Assembly (NCBI GenBank): GCA_943371745.1
Contig: CALRWE010000001.1
Location: 14,290 to 78,289, forward strand
Direction: 5' to 3'
Length of the DNA stretch: 64,000 nt
Source: Rhodoferax sp. OV413
GTDB lineage: Bacteria; Pseudomonadota; Gammaproteobacteria; Burkholderiales; Burkholderiaceae_C
Shown here: positions 11,414 through 24,847 of the stretch, in pieces
Numbering within the stretch: the stretch's first letter is position 1
Layout of the letters: the number at the start of each line of letters is the position of its first letter
The notes under the pieces: generated by a model
The model's database searches: none
What the model was told of the DNA's origin: nothing
Seen by the model: the letters and a program-made list of their open reading frames with translations, nothing else
Position numbers and translations under genes: made by a program

Positions 11414-11629
11414 TCAAGTTGGGGCACTGTCGGTGAGTTGATCCTCGGGTAATCCGTGGGTCGGCATTCGAAAGTCTTCGTTGGCCCATGCGCCCAAATC
11501 AATATTTTTGCAACGTTCGCTGCAAAACGGCCGAAACAAGTTAGTCGAGGCGTACACGCTGTCGCCGCCGCAGGTCGGGCAAATCACCAGTTTGGGTGGT
11601 TTGGATCCGGGTGAATTTTCCATCATCAT
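11414..11629 (-). CDS. yacG: DNA gyrase inhibitor YacG (zinc finger)
   Basis: It has CPTCGG...FCSERCKNIDLGAWA, the YacG zinc-ribbon signature. The MMMENS start overlaps the zapD stop (ATGA). Confidence 0.88.
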   Translation of the reverse strand: MMMENSPGSKPPKLVICPTCGGDSVYASTNLFRPFCSERCKNIDLGAWANEDFRMPTHGLPEDQLTDSAPT

Positions 11630-12381
11630 GAGCACAGAGCCAACTCGAACGCGGCATCGTCTGCGCAAGCATGGAGCCTGTCGTCTTCACCATGTCGCAT
11701 CAGCCGAATGGACACCATCAACCTGTTGCCACTGATTTCAGGGATCAGCCCCAAAGCCGGATTCAGTGCCAGTCGCAGAAGCTGAAAAGTCCGCCCTTGG
11801 GGCAAGTTTTGTTGATACTGCCCTCCGTTGGCGATCATCTTTTGTGGCGTTCCCGAGTCCCGCAGCAGCTTGAGCAGGATATGAATGGAGTCTGAGAGAG
11901 GCATTAGCGTGCCGATCCACCGGGTCAGGTCGGTTCTGCGCAGGTCTGCGGACTTGTGTTGCCAGGCAAAGTAGGCTGGCAGATCAAATTCACAGGTGCC
12001 ACCTGGAATTCCGATACGGCTGCGAATGCTCATCAGCCAGTCGTTCTCGGTCAAGGAATGCCCCGCTTTACCCGACAAACTATTGATGGCCTGGTAGCAG
12101 TTGTCCAACCGCTCGATCACCTCGTTCAGAACGCTTTGATCAATGGCTGGATTGTCCCGATAGCCATTGAGAATGTGCTTTTGCTTGTCAAGGTCTTTCA
12201 ACACGTCGGACTTCAGGTCGGCCCGGGCCCCGACGTCCATGATCTCAAAGATGGTGGTTAGCGCGTAGTGGTGATCCAGGGCCTCATCCCGTGTCGCCAG
12301 CGTTGTCAGCCTCAGAAACAGGTGTTCCAGCCGCAAATAGGTTCGTATGCGTTCGTTAAAGGGGTATTCGTAGAGGATCAC
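11626..12381 (-). CDS. zapD: Cell division protein ZapD
   Basis: It has the typical ZapD N-terminus MILYEYPFNERIRTYLRLEHLF and sits in the conserved coaE-zapD-yacG context. Confidence 0.9.
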   Translation of the reverse strand: MILYEYPFNERIRTYLRLEHLFLRLTTLATRDEALDHHYALTTIFEIMDVGARADLKSDVLKDLDKQKHILNGYRDNPAIDQSVLNEVIERLDNCYQAINSLSGKAGHSLTENDWLMSIRSRIGIPGGTCEFDLPAYFAWQHKSADLRRTDLTRWIGTLMPLSDSIHILLKLLRDSGTPQKMIANGGQYQQNLPQGRTFQLLRLALNPALGLIPEISGNRLMVSIRLMRHGEDDRLHACADDAAFELALCS

Positions 12382-12405
12382 GCTGGTATTTTGGTAAACA
12401 AAGTT

Positions 12406-13023
12406 CTACCCGGATGATAGCCCGAAGCGGTGTATCAATTGATTGACCTCCGCAGCCAGTTCTTCCATGGAGAGCCTGTCGTTTTCGATCACGACATCTG
12501 CAGCGCTCAAGCGGTTTTCACGCGTTGCCTGGGAGGCGATGATTTTCTCCACCTCCGCGCGTGCCAACTGGTTACGAGCCAAAACCCGTTTGACTTGAAC
12601 CTCCGACGTGCAGTCGACCACGACCACCTGATCCAGATGCTGGCGCCAATTGCCTGACTCCACCAGCAGCGGTATGTCGAAAACGATGCAGCGATGCCCG
12701 GAGCGGATTGCGCGTGCCGCTTGAGTTTGGATCTCCAGTCTCACCAACGGGTGAATGATGGACTCCAGCCGTTTGCGGGCCGCTGGTTCACTGTAGATCA
12801 GCTGGCGCATCTTTTCTCTGTTCAGCGCACCCGTTGAGCTAACGAAATCGGGCCCGAAAATTTCCTCGATAGCGGGTATGGCAAGGCCTTGGGGCCCAGT
12901 CGATCCGTGAGCAATGGCATCGGCATCCACCACGGCCGCACCCGCTTCAGCCAGTAGACGTGCAACAGTACTTTTGCCGCTGCCAATGCCGCCAGTCAGG
13001 CCCAGTTGAAAGGGTAGGCGCAT
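12406..13023 (-). CDS. coaE: Dephospho-CoA kinase
   Basis: It has the P-loop GLTGGIGSGKST and lies downstream of pilD, as in many proteobacteria. Confidence 0.92.
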   Translation of the reverse strand: MRLPFQLGLTGGIGSGKSTVARLLAEAGAAVVDADAIAHGSTGPQGLAIPAIEEIFGPDFVSSTGALNREKMRQLIYSEPAARKRLESIIHPLVRLEIQTQAARAIRSGHRCIVFDIPLLVESGNWRQHLDQVVVVDCTSEVQVKRVLARNQLARAEVEKIIASQATRENRLSAADVVIENDRLSMEELAAEVNQLIHRFGLSSG

Positions 13024-13026
13024 GTA

Positions 13027-13869
13027 TCAAAGCCCAAAGAAACGAAGCAACGCAGTCGTGCCAAAGCCCATGGCGATCAGCCCGGCCCCCCCCAGGAAAG
13101 GGCCAAAGGGAACTTGGCCGCCATCTCGCAGGCCAGTGGAGAACTTCATCGCAATCCCGACGATTGCCCCAACAACGGAGGCCATCAAAATGATGGGCAC
13201 CAAGGCTTGCCAACCAAACCAGGCCCCGAGTGCAGCGTATAACTTGAAGTCTCCATAGCCCATGCCCTCCTTCCCCGTGATCAGCTTGAACGCCCAATAA
13301 ACCAACCAGAGCGACACATAGCCGCCCACAGCGCCCCATAGCGACGCAGCAAGTGGCACCGATGTCCATTGAAAGGCCGCAGCGATCAGACCTGCCCAGA
13401 CCAAAGGCAAGGTAATGTCATCGGGCAGCAAGGTGGTGTCCCAGTCAATCAGGCTCAGCACCAACAGTGCAGCGGCGAAGCCACTCCAGGCAGCAGCTGT
13501 CGGCGTCAAACCCCATTTCCAGCCGCAGTAAAAAAACAGTGCGCCGGTGGTTAACTCCACCAAGGGGTATCGAACCGGGATGGGCGCGGAGCAGGCGGAG
13601 CATTTGCCCCTCAGTGCCATGTAGCTCAGCAGGGGGACATTCTCATACCAGCGAATCTGGTGGCCGCAACTCGGGCACCGGGAGCGCGGCGTCATGAGGT
13701 TGAACGCCTCGTTACTCGCAGCCTTCTGACCCGACAACTCCGCACACTCGGTCTTCCATTGCGCCTCAAGCATGAGGGGGAGCCTGTAGATGACAACATT
13801 TAAAAAGCTGCCGATCAGCAAGCCCAGACCGCCCAAGACGGCGGCCTCAAACCATGGTGAGGCAAGCAT
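13027..13869 (-). CDS. pilD: Prepilin peptidase / N-methyltransferase (A24 family)
   Basis: It is polytopic with cytoplasmic Cys pairs (CPSCGH...CSACS) and GDFKL-type aspartyl protease motifs (GMGYGDFKL). It belongs to the pilBCD operon. Confidence 0.93.
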   Translation of the reverse strand: MLASPWFEAAVLGGLGLLIGSFLNVVIYRLPLMLEAQWKTECAELSGQKAASNEAFNLMTPRSRCPSCGHQIRWYENVPLLSYMALRGKCSACSAPIPVRYPLVELTTGALFFYCGWKWGLTPTAAAWSGFAAALLVLSLIDWDTTLLPDDITLPLVWAGLIAAAFQWTSVPLAASLWGAVGGYVSLWLVYWAFKLITGKEGMGYGDFKLYAALGAWFGWQALVPIILMASVVGAIVGIAMKFSTGLRDGGQVPFGPFLGGAGLIAMGFGTTALLRFFGL

Positions 13870-15086
13870 CAGACCACCTGTCCAAGTTTGAAGATTGGCA
13901 AGTACATTGCCACCACAATGCCGCCAATCAAAATGCCCAAAATCACAATGATAATTGGCTCCATCAGGCTGGAGATTCCTGCCACCATGTCGTCAACCTC
14001 TGCTTCATAAAAATCAGCCGCCTTGCCAAGCATGTGATCAATGGAGCCGGACTCTTCTCCGATGGAACACATTTGCAAGACCATCGATGGAAAGAGGTTG
14101 GCGTTGGTCATTGCAACAGTCAAGGCCGTACCGGTGGATACCTCCTGCTGTATTTTGGTGGTTGCAGCCTGATAAACGTAATTCCCCGACGCGCCGCCAA
14201 CCGAGTCAAGTGCTTCCACCAGAGGCACGCCGGCGGCGAACATGGTGGACAGGGTTCGCGTCCAGCGCGCAATGCATGACTTGTCGACAAGTGTGCCAAA
14301 AATCGGCATTCTGAGCATCAGGCGATCCATGACATGTTGCATCTTCTCGTTGCGTTTCCATGCTTGCATGAAAAAGTAAAAACCACCACCCAGACCCCCA
14401 AAAATCAACCACCAGTAGGCGACAAAAATCTCGCTGATGGCAATGACAACCAAAGTGGGACCCGGCAAGTCGGCGCCAAAATTGGAGAATACCTCTTTGA
14501 ACGCGGGCACCACAAAGATCATGATCACCGCTGTGACAACAAAAGCCACAACCAGCACCGATATGGGGTACATCAGGGCCGACTTGATCTTGGACTTGAT
14601 CGCCTCGGTCTTCTCCATATAGACCGCCAGCCGGTCCAGCAGTTGATCCAGAATACCGGCGGATTCGCCAGCCTCGATCAAGTTGCAGTACAAGTTGTCA
14701 AAATGCATCGGGAACTTGCGGAATGCCGCGCTCAGGGATGTGCCCGTTTCGACATCGGTGCGGATGTCGTTCAGAAGTTTGGTTACGCTGGGGTTCGGGT
14801 TACCACGACTCACAATGTCGAAAGCCTGCAGCAACGGCACTCCAGCTTTCATCATTGTGGCGAGTTGTCGAGTGAAGATCGCCAGTTCTTTCGGCTTGAT
14901 GGACTTGCCCATGCGCATTCTGCGCTTTTTGATGGTGGTCGCCCTGACGCCTTGACGACGCAGGGCTGCTTGAACCTGGTTTTCGCCGGCTGCACGGGTT
15001 TCTCCGCGAACTGTCTTTCCGTTTCTGTCTTTGCCTTGCCATTCAAAGACGAATTCTTTAGCGCTTTTGGTCTGTGCGGTTGCCAT
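13869..15086 (-). CDS. pilC: Type IV pilus platform protein PilC (GspF family)
   Basis: A 405-aa GspF-family duplicated domain protein with 3 TM regions, located between pilB and pilD. Confidence 0.93.
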   Translation of the reverse strand: MATAQTKSAKEFVFEWQGKDRNGKTVRGETRAAGENQVQAALRRQGVRATTIKKRRMRMGKSIKPKELAIFTRQLATMMKAGVPLLQAFDIVSRGNPNPSVTKLLNDIRTDVETGTSLSAAFRKFPMHFDNLYCNLIEAGESAGILDQLLDRLAVYMEKTEAIKSKIKSALMYPISVLVVAFVVTAVIMIFVVPAFKEVFSNFGADLPGPTLVVIAISEIFVAYWWLIFGGLGGGFYFFMQAWKRNEKMQHVMDRLMLRMPIFGTLVDKSCIARWTRTLSTMFAAGVPLVEALDSVGGASGNYVYQAATTKIQQEVSTGTALTVAMTNANLFPSMVLQMCSIGEESGSIDHMLGKAADFYEAEVDDMVAGISSLMEPIIIVILGILIGGIVVAMYLPIFKLGQVV

Positions 15087-15107
15087 GGGTGTCTCGTTTG
15101 GTTCGCT

Positions 15108-16844
15108 CTAGTCGTTGGTTACCGCGAGCACTGCTTCCAGGGAGGTCAATCCCAGTTTGACTTTGTGCAGGCCCGCTTGCCTTAGCGAACGAACTCCTTC
15201 AAGTTTGGCTTGGTGGGCAACGTCCAAGGCGCTGCCATCGCGCAGAATGATGCGTTGAATCGCCTCACTGATCGGCATGACCTGGTACAAGCCGACTCGT
15301 CCCTTGAATCCGTTGTTGCACATCGTGCATCCTACGGCGCGGTAAGAAACCCAAGGCGATTTCAACTCGTCTTCGCTGAAGCCGGCATCCATCAACGCTT
15401 TCCTGGGAATATCAACCGGCATCTTGCAATGAAGGCAGAGGCGTCGCGCCAGGCGCTGGGCAGTGATCAGAATCACACTCGAGGCAATGTTGAAGGGCGA
15501 AATACCCATATTGCGCATTCGTGCCAATGTGGTTGGCGCGTCATTCGTATGAAGCGTCGATAAAACCAGGTGACCAGTTTGCGCTGCCTTGACGGCGATA
15601 TCTGCCGTCTCCAGATCCCGGATCTCGCCGACCATGATGATGTCAGGATCCTGGCGCAAAAACGACTTCAGCGCCACCGCAAAGGTGAGTCCAGCTTTCT
15701 CATTGATATTGACTTGGTTGACACCAGGCAAATTGATTTCAGACGGATCTTCGGCAGTCGCGATATTCACTCCTGGCTTGTTCAGGATGTTCAGGCAGGT
15801 GTACAGGGACACCGTCTTTCCCGAACCGGTTGGGCCCGTTACCAGGATCATGCCGTAAGGCCGCGCAATCGCCTCCGTCAGTCTTTCTTTTTCCTCCGGC
15901 TCATAGCCCAGAGCATCGATGCCCAATTTGGCGCTGCTGGGGTCCAGAATCCGGATCACGATCTTCTCGCCAAAAAGCGTGGGCAAGGTGCTGACCCGCA
16001 AGTCGATGATGCGGTCGGGACCCACCTTGAGCTTCATCTTTCCGTCCTGGGGCACCCGTTTTTCCGAAATGTCCATCCGGGAAATCACCTTGATGCGCGA
16101 AGCCAGTTTGTCCTTGATGGCGATGGGGGGCGAAGCGATTTCCTTCAGTTCTCCGTCAATCCGGAACCTCACGCGGTAGTTGTGTTCATAGGGTTCGAAA
16201 TGCAAATCCGATGCCCGCATGTTGAATGCGTCCAGTAGCATCTTCTGCAGGAACTTGACGACCGGCGCATCTTCGACCTCTGAAGTCGACACGTCCGGCG
16301 TGTCCGTGATGACTTCCGCCGAGAGCTCATCAAATTCAAAATCACCACCGCTGATGATGTTGTCCATGGCCTCTGCAGCAGTTGTGGCGTTCGCGGTGAC
16401 CAGTTTCAGCAGTTTGTCGTATTCGGCAATGACCCAATCGACCCCCAGTTGGGTGGCAAATTTGATTTTCTCCGCGGCTTGCTGATCGGAGGGATCGGCT
16501 GTCGCCACGATCAATCGGCTGTTGCGCTTGCTCAAGACCACGATGCGGTAGTCCTGGCAAATTTTCCCGTCCAGAAGATTTCTGGGCAGCCTTTGCAGAT
16601 CGATGGCGTCGAGGTCCACCAGCGGTGCTGCAAAAGCAGTTGACATGGTATGAGCCAGGTCGTATGCAGAAACTGCCCCTGAGCCGGTGAGTTCGGCGAT
16701 GAAGCTCGTGCGGTTACTCTGCGCTTTGCGGTAAATCTCTTCCGCCGACTTTTGCCCCAGTTTTCCAGCCAAAACAAGGGCGCGTCCCAGGCCCGGAAGG
16801 GCGTATGTTGCGGTTTCGCGGGAGGTGGAGTCGATGGAAGCCAT
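15108..16844 (-). CDS. pilB: Type IV pilus assembly ATPase PilB
   Basis: It has the Walker A motif GPTGSGKT, the Asp box EDPSE, the Walker B motif DPDIIMVGEIRD and the His box TGHLVLSTLHTN. The tetracysteine motif is CLHCK...GCTMCNNGFKGR. The start is taken at MASIDS (16844); the ORF extends to 16889. Confidence 0.93.
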   Translation of the reverse strand: MASIDSTSRETATYALPGLGRALVLAGKLGQKSAEEIYRKAQSNRTSFIAELTGSGAVSAYDLAHTMSTAFAAPLVDLDAIDLQRLPRNLLDGKICQDYRIVVLSKRNSRLIVATADPSDQQAAEKIKFATQLGVDWVIAEYDKLLKLVTANATTAAEAMDNIISGGDFEFDELSAEVITDTPDVSTSEVEDAPVVKFLQKMLLDAFNMRASDLHFEPYEHNYRVRFRIDGELKEIASPPIAIKDKLASRIKVISRMDISEKRVPQDGKMKLKVGPDRIIDLRVSTLPTLFGEKIVIRILDPSSAKLGIDALGYEPEEKERLTEAIARPYGMILVTGPTGSGKTVSLYTCLNILNKPGVNIATAEDPSEINLPGVNQVNINEKAGLTFAVALKSFLRQDPDIIMVGEIRDLETADIAVKAAQTGHLVLSTLHTNDAPTTLARMRNMGISPFNIASSVILITAQRLARRLCLHCKMPVDIPRKALMDAGFSEDELKSPWVSYRAVGCTMCNNGFKGRVGLYQVMPISEAIQRIILRDGSALDVAHQAKLEGVRSLRQAGLHKVKLGLTSLEAVLAVTND

Positions 16845-16978
16845 TAACCAAGACTGTACTACGTCAGTAGAGGCTTGTGTGCCTGGCATGGCAGGGCCGA
16901 TTGCGCGCCGTCGGGTCGTGCTTTGTGCCCGCCGCCCAGCGGATTATTCCGAATGCGGAGGCCATTCACCAAATTCTC

Positions 16979-17055
<77 letters not shown>

Positions 17056-17073
17056 ACTTTTCCCCACGCGGTT

Positions 17074-18024
17074 TCAAAATTTTCTGCCGAGCAGATTTGC
17101 CGATAATTCTATCAAACACGTCGTGTAGGGTCCCGGGGGAAGTTGTTGCGCGGCAGCTGTCGCGCGTTGTGCTTCAAGGGCAGCATATTGCCGGGCAACG
17201 TCAAGCGCACCTGTTGCCGTGACAATCTGGACTACTTGATCCAGCATGGCGACACCTCCCGTCTCGATGGCCTCCCGGATGATGTTTTGTTGACTGACCG
17301 TGCCTCGTTCCATTGCAGCAATCAGCGGCAAAGTGATTTTGCCCTCCCGCAAATCATCCCCGAGATTCTTTCCCATCACGTTGGCGTCACCGGTGTAATC
17401 CAGAACATCGTCTATCACCTGAAATGCCGTGCCCAGCGCTTGCCCGTAAGTGGCGCAGGCTTCTTCCATCTCCTTGGTGCAACCGGCCAAGAGGGCCCCC
17501 ACTCTGGCACTGGACTCAAACAACTTGGCTGTCTTGGAGCGAATAACCCGGATGTAACCCGCCTCATCGAGACTGGCGTTGTGCATGTTCATCAGCTGAA
17601 GCACTTCACCCTCGGCGATCACATTCGTGGCGTCAGCAAGAACCTCCATGACACGCATGTCTTGAGCGTCAACCATCATTTGGAACGCACGAGAGTAGAG
17701 GAAATCTCCAACCAGCACGCTGGCTGGATTGCCAAATGTTTCGTTGGCAGTTGCATTGCCTCTGCGCAAGGCAGAGTCATCCACGACATCATCGTGCAGC
17801 AAGGTAGCGGTGTGAATGAATTCCACGACTGCGGCCAGGTTGAACCTTTGCGCGCCACTAAAACCCAGGGCGCCGCTGGTCAAAAGCAGAAGAGCTGGTC
17901 GCAATCGTTTGCCGCCGGCAGCGATGATGTAACGTGAAACCTGGCCGATGAGTGGCACCTCGGACTCCAGTCGACGTGCAATGACCAGGTCGACCTCGTG
18001 CATCTCCTGCGCGATGACGGACAT
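17074..18024 (-). CDS. ispB: Octaprenyl diphosphate synthase
   Basis: It has the polyprenyl synthase Asp-rich motifs LLHDDVVDD and DDVLD. The start is taken at MSVIAQEM; the ORF extends to 18141. Confidence 0.9.
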   Translation of the reverse strand: MSVIAQEMHEVDLVIARRLESEVPLIGQVSRYIIAAGGKRLRPALLLLTSGALGFSGAQRFNLAAVVEFIHTATLLHDDVVDDSALRRGNATANETFGNPASVLVGDFLYSRAFQMMVDAQDMRVMEVLADATNVIAEGEVLQLMNMHNASLDEAGYIRVIRSKTAKLFESSARVGALLAGCTKEMEEACATYGQALGTAFQVIDDVLDYTGDANVMGKNLGDDLREGKITLPLIAAMERGTVSQQNIIREAIETGGVAMLDQVVQIVTATGALDVARQYAALEAQRATAAAQQLPPGPYTTCLIELSANLLGRKF

Positions 18025-18209
18025 GGAGGGGGTGGAGTTCGAAGGGTTATCTTGCAAGACAGGTACCAAATTGTGAATCTGAATTATAGAAAGGGCCAAG
18101 CAGCGTGCATCCCGCGCCAAAAAGAACCAAGTATTGGCCAAGCCCGGCTCATGTTATGATGTTGGGCTCTGAGAAAATTCGTTCCCAGAGCTAAATTGAA
18201 GAGGTCAAC

Positions 18210-18521
18210 ATGTACGCGGTCATAAAAACCGGCGGCAAGCAATATCGAGTTGCAGCCGGTGAAAAAATTAAAGTAGAACAGATTGCTGCGGACGTAGGCC
18301 AAGAGATTGTGTTCGATCAGGTTCTCGCAGTCGGAAACGGCGCAGAATTGAAGGTCGGGACTCCCTTGGTGTCCGGCGCAACCGTGAGTGTCACGGTTGT
18401 GGCTCACGGCAAGCACGACAAAGTCAGCATTTTTAAAATGCGTCGTCGTAAGCATTACCAAAAACGTCAAGGTCATCGTCAACAGTTCACTGAACTGCTG
18501 ATTGGTGCGATTGCTGCTTAA
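18210..18521 (+). CDS. rplU: 50S ribosomal protein L21
   Basis: [23 protein letters not shown] is the canonical L21 N-terminus. Confidence 0.97.
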   Translation: MYAVIKTGGKQYRVAAGEKIKVEQIAADVGQEIVFDQVLAVGNGAELKVGTPLVSGATVSVTVVAHGKHDKVSIFKMRRRKHYQKRQGHRQQFTELLIGAIAA

Positions 18522-18533
18522 GGGGCACGGGTC

Positions 18534-18791
18534 ATGGCACAGAAAAAAGGCGGCGGCTCTACGCGAAATGGGCGCGATTCCAAGCCCAAAATGCTCGGTG
18601 TTAAGAAATTCGGTGGCGAACTGGTCAGCTCGGGAGCAATCATTGTTCGCCAGCGTGGTACCAAGTTCCACCCCGGAAACAACGTTGGCATCGGCAAGGA
18701 TCACACACTGTTTGCACTGGTTGATGGCAACGTTTTGTTCGCTATCAAAGGCGCACTGAACAAACACACAGTGAGTGTTGTTTCGGCATAA
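18534..18791 (+). CDS. rpmA: 50S ribosomal protein L27
   Basis: [16 protein letters not shown]...[10 protein letters not shown] is the canonical L27 sequence. Confidence 0.97.
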   Translation: MAQKKGGGSTRNGRDSKPKMLGVKKFGGELVSSGAIIVRQRGTKFHPGNNVGIGKDHTLFALVDGNVLFAIKGALNKHTVSVVSA

Positions 18792-18815
18792 TCTGCTAGA
18801 AACTTTCAGTCAAGA

Positions 18816-18840
18816 CCCTGCGCCCTGCGCGGGGTTTTTC
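18816..18840 (+). terminator. Intrinsic terminator after rpmA
   Basis: The stem CCCTGCG / CGCGGGG (one G-U pair) has a 5-nt loop and is followed by T5. Confidence 0.6.
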
Positions 18841-18943
18841 GTTTGTGAAGTCTGACGCCGCTTTTGGTTCAATGCGAGGTTAGACGCACCGGCACAGACA
18901 ATGCTCTGTTACGGCATGGCGCAATAGCGACACAGCGCATTGA

Positions 18944-21162
<2,219 letters not shown>

Positions 21163-21212
21163 CAGCCCGCTGTGACGAGCTGCTTTCAGCCACAGATTCG
21201 GGGAGCCTCAGA

Positions 21213-21710
21213 TCAGTAGTCAGGTTTCGGGGTTTTCAGCCTGCCAGCGACATCTGCAGCTGACCTTGAGGCCGCCGAACGGCCTTCGCACACGCCCTGC
21301 CTGGCCAGAGCCAGAGCGTGTTTTGAGGGGAGATTGCCGTTGAGGTCTTGCCATTGCGGATTCTGCACAGAGACCCACGGTCCATGGGATGAGAAGCGGG
21401 CGTAGGTTTTGACCTCTCCGCTGGCACATCGGATTCCTTCATACATGGCGCTCATTGAGTCAGACTCATTGATCGCAACCACCACGTAACGAACCACCCC
21501 ATCGGCAGTAATCGTCAACGTGCGAGGGTCAACGCCCAGTTGAACCGAAACATAGCTGGGCATGTTGACCCGAATCAATTTGTCTCTGCTGAAAGCCGGT
21601 GGCGCCGGCACCTCTGACTCGCTCCACCGGGGATCCGTGCTGAAGAGTTGCGCAGAGGCGCTGCTGGCAAACAGCAGCCATCCCAGCCACACCAGTCTTT
21701 CAAGCGCCAT
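21213..21710 (-). CDS. CNP1-like secreted protein (recognition-level call)
   Basis: It has the signal peptide [20 protein letters not shown], followed by a region resembling CNP1-like family proteins ([21 protein letters not shown]...). It overlaps the rppH 3' end by 11 nt. Confidence 0.55.
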   Translation of the reverse strand: MALERLVWLGWLLFASSASAQLFSTDPRWSESEVPAPPAFSRDKLIRVNMPSYVSVQLGVDPRTLTITADGVVRYVVVAINESDSMSAMYEGIRCASGEVKTYARFSSHGPWVSVQNPQWQDLNGNLPSKHALALARQGVCEGRSAASRSAADVAGRLKTPKPDY

Positions 21711-22347
21711 GTGGCTTTTCCGAGAAGTCGGGTCCGTAACCTGACTGAGGTTGGGATTCGAACGTAGCACCCGGTGGAAGTTCGAATCCGGCGCCAGGCA
21801 TCAAGTCGAAGGTCACATCCTGGTCAAGCGTGCGCGTACCTTGCCGCAAAAAACGGTTCCGGGGTTCGTTCCTCGGCAGATAGCGGGACAATTCTGTCAA
21901 AGCCATCTCATAGACGCCGCGTTTGAATTCCACGACTGAATCAAGTGGCACCCAGTAGTCGTGCCAGCGCCAGGCATCAAACTCAGGATGATCGGTCGCC
22001 CGAAGATTTAAATCCCAGTCGTGACCCACCAATTGAAGCAAGAACCAGATTTGCTTCTGGCCTTTGTAATGGCCGCGCGCATCGCGGCGGATATATCTGT
22101 CCGGCACCTCGTAGCGCAACCAGTCTCGGGTGCGGGCCACAATGCGAACATGCTCCTGAAAGAGCCCCACTTCCTCGTGCAGTTCACGAATCATGGCCTG
22201 TTCGGGGGTCTCACCCCGATCAATGCCACCCTGCGGAAACTGCCACGAGTGCGTGCGAATTCGCTTGCCCCAAAAAACCTGATTTTTCTGGTTGAGCAGG
22301 ACGATGCCGACGTTGGGCCTAAAGCCGTCCCGGTCAAGCATAATCAA
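21700..22347 (-). CDS. rppH: RNA pyrophosphohydrolase RppH (Nudix)
   Basis: It has [10 protein letters not shown]...[28 protein letters not shown] (Nudix box) and a C-terminal extension. Confidence 0.9.
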   Translation of the reverse strand: MIMLDRDGFRPNVGIVLLNQKNQVFWGKRIRTHSWQFPQGGIDRGETPEQAMIRELHEEVGLFQEHVRIVARTRDWLRYEVPDRYIRRDARGHYKGQKQIWFLLQLVGHDWDLNLRATDHPEFDAWRWHDYWVPLDSVVEFKRGVYEMALTELSRYLPRNEPRNRFLRQGTRTLDQDVTFDLMPGAGFELPPGATFESQPQSGYGPDFSEKPHGA

Positions 22348-22433
22348 ACCCCAATTTTTAAACTGTTTCCATTATGCACAGCAAGCGCTGTGCAGCAAGC
22401 GATGCAGCCCTCAGTTATTCCCGGATTCCCGCC

Positions 22434-24176
22434 ATGAAAGCTTCCCATTTCTTTATTTCCACGCTCAAAGAAGCCCCGGCCGATGCCGAGGTGGTCAGCC
22501 ACAAGCTGATGACGCGTGCCGGCATGATCAAAAAGCTCGGAGCCGGCATCTACAGTCTCATGCCCATGGGCTTGCGCGTGGTGCGCAAAGTCGAGGCCAT
22601 CGTCCGGGAAGAAATGAACCGGGCGGGCGCCATTGAGCTCACCATGCCGGTCGTTCAGCCAGCCGAGCTGTGGCAAGAGACGGGCCGGTTTGCCAAGATG
22701 GGCCCCGAGTTGCTGCGCATCAAGGACCGCCATGACCGCGACTTTGTCATTCAGCCGACCAGCGAGGAGGTGGTGACTGACATTGCCCGCCAGGAAATCA
22801 AGAGCTACAAGCAGCTGCCAAAAAACTTCTATCAGATCCAGACCAAGTTTCGGGATGAACGCCGGCCTCGCTTCGGCCTGATGCGCGGGCGCGAATTCAC
22901 CATGAAGGACGCCTACAGTTTTGACCGGGACCAGGCCTCTGCCAAAGCAAGTTACCAGGTCATGGCGCAGGCTTACCGCCGTATTTTTGACCGTTTTGGC
23001 CTGACCTACCGGGCGGTGGCGGCCGACAGCGGCGCCATTGGGGGCGATCTGAGCGAGGAATTCCAGGTGATCGCCGCCACCGGCGAGGACGCGATCGTGT
23101 ATTGCCCGACCAGTGACTATGCGGCCAACCTGGAGAAGGCCGAGGCACTGGCGCCCGTCACGCCGAGGTCAGCGCCCGGCAGGGCCATGACCAGGACGCC
23201 AACGCCTGGCAAGAGCACTTGCGCCGACGTGGCTGCGATGCTGGACGTGCCCCTGCAAAACACCGTGAAATCGCTGGTACTGGCGACCGACGAACTCAAC
23301 GACGTTGCCGAAGTCGTGAAAACAAAAGTCTGGCTGCTGCTGTTGCGCGGCGACCATGACATGAATGAGGTCAAAGTGGGCAAGTTGCCTGGTTTGGCTG
23401 ATTTCCGTTTTGCCAGTGTGGAGGAAATTGACACTCACTTTGGTTGCAAGCCCGGTTACCTGGGCCCGATTGGCCTGAAAAAACCACTCTCCATCGTGGT
23501 GGATCGCGACGTGGCCGTGATGTCGGACTGGATTTGCGGCGCCAACGAGCCCGACTTCCACATCACCGGCGTCAATTGGGCGCGTGATCTCCCCGAGCCC
23601 GATCTGGTGGCGGACCTCCGCAATGTGGTGGCGGGTGATGCATCACCCGACGGTTTGGGCACACTGGCGATTGAGCGCGGGATTGAAGTCGGTCATGTGT
23701 TCTACCTCGGCACCAAATACAGCCAGGCCATGAACGCGACATTTCTGGATGTCAACGGCAAGCCCAGCTTCATGGAAATGGGCTGCTACGGCATCGGCAT
23801 CACCCGCTTGCCGGCGGCGGCCATTGAACAAAACCATGACGAGCGCGGCATCATCTGGCCGGATGCGTTGGCGCCGTTCACAGTGGTGCTGTGCCCCATC
23901 AGCCCGGATCGTTTTCCAGCGGTGAAAGAGGCCGCTGACACGCTGTATGCCGAATTGTTGGCCGCCGGTGTGGATGTCATCCTGGATGACCGGGGCGAAC
24001 GCCCGGGCGCCATGTTTGCCGACTGGGAGTTGATCGGCGTGCCGCACCGCGTGACACTGGGCGACCGCGGGCTCAAAGACGGTCAGGTGGAGTACCAGCA
24101 TCGCCGGGACGCCGCTGCGACGTCGGTGCCGGTAGGCGAGGTCGCTGCTTTGATCCGCGCCCGCCTCACGGTGTGA
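22434..24176 (+). CDS. proS: Prolyl-tRNA synthetase
   Basis: [32 protein letters not shown] is the canonical bacterial ProRS N-terminus. It is about 580 aa with an editing-domain insertion. Confidence 0.95.
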   Translation: MKASHFFISTLKEAPADAEVVSHKLMTRAGMIKKLGAGIYSLMPMGLRVVRKVEAIVREEMNRAGAIELTMPVVQPAELWQETGRFAKMGPELLRIKDRHDRDFVIQPTSEEVVTDIARQEIKSYKQLPKNFYQIQTKFRDERRPRFGLMRGREFTMKDAYSFDRDQASAKASYQVMAQAYRRIFDRFGLTYRAVAADSGAIGGDLSEEFQVIAATGEDAIVYCPTSDYAANLEKAEALAPVTPRSAPGRAMTRTPTPGKSTCADVAAMLDVPLQNTVKSLVLATDELNDVAEVVKTKVWLLLLRGDHDMNEVKVGKLPGLADFRFASVEEIDTHFGCKPGYLGPIGLKKPLSIVVDRDVAVMSDWICGANEPDFHITGVNWARDLPEPDLVADLRNVVAGDASPDGLGTLAIERGIEVGHVFYLGTKYSQAMNATFLDVNGKPSFMEMGCYGIGITRLPAAAIEQNHDERGIIWPDALAPFTVVLCPISPDRFPAVKEAADTLYAELLAAGVDVILDDRGERPGAMFADWELIGVPHRVTLGDRGLKDGQVEYQHRRDAAATSVPVGEVAALIRARLTV

Positions 24177-24195
24177 GCCAGAAAAAGGGCGTGCT

Positions 24196-24819
24196 GTGAT
24201 CTCAAGGCGCGCGGCCCTGACTTCTGTGGCGTCGGGTTTGGGTTGGTGGTCGTCTGCCGGGCCTGCACTGGCCGGGCAGCAACTCGAAGAGCCGCTGGTG
24301 GATTCGGTTCGCACGGCCCTGAGTTCGGCGATCTCGAACCACGCGCCGCCCGTTCCCGAGTTTGCCAGCACCGAGTCGCGGCTGCAGTACCTGCGATGGC
24401 TGGGCAGCATGAGTGAGCGGCTGCGCAAGAAAAAGCCGGAATGGCAGGTGCGCCAGGAGTTTTTGCAGACGATCTGGTACGAGAGCCGGCGAGCCGGCTT
24501 GCACACCGCCATGGTGCTGGGTCTGGTGCAGGTGGAGAGTAATTTCCGGAAATTTGCCATCTCCAGCGCCGGCGCAAGGGGCTACATGCAGATCATGCCG
24601 TTTTGGACCCGTGTCCTGGCCGATGGGGACGCGGGCAAGCTGTTTCACATGCAAACCAATTTACGGTTTGGATGCGTCATCTTGCGGCATTATCTGGACC
24701 GGGAAAATGGTGATTTGTTCATGGCTCTGGGCCGGTACAACGGTTCTCGGGGCCGCCCGCCTTATCCCAGTGCGGTGTTCGCTGCCCAAAAATTGTGGGA
24801 AATGCCCCAACTGCCTTAG
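24196..24819 (+). CDS. Lytic transglycosylase (SLT domain), secreted
   Basis: It has the SLT catalytic region GLVQVESNF...GARGYMQIMPFW and an RR-containing signal-like N-terminus (SRRAALTS...PALA). A GTG start is assumed. Confidence 0.8.
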   Translation: MISRRAALTSVASGLGWWSSAGPALAGQQLEEPLVDSVRTALSSAISNHAPPVPEFASTESRLQYLRWLGSMSERLRKKKPEWQVRQEFLQTIWYESRRAGLHTAMVLGLVQVESNFRKFAISSAGARGYMQIMPFWTRVLADGDAGKLFHMQTNLRFGCVILRHYLDRENGDLFMALGRYNGSRGRPPYPSAVFAAQKLWEMPQLP

Positions 24820-24847
24820 CGCGGTGCCGGGCGTTTCCCACGCCCGA

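Noticed and set aside
24828-24846. Hairpin CGGGCG-TTTCCCA-CGCCCG between the convergent lytic transglycosylase and grxD genes.
   Set aside because: It is plausibly a bidirectional terminator, but the stem is only 6 bp and there is no flanking T/A run. It is not confident enough to list as a feature.
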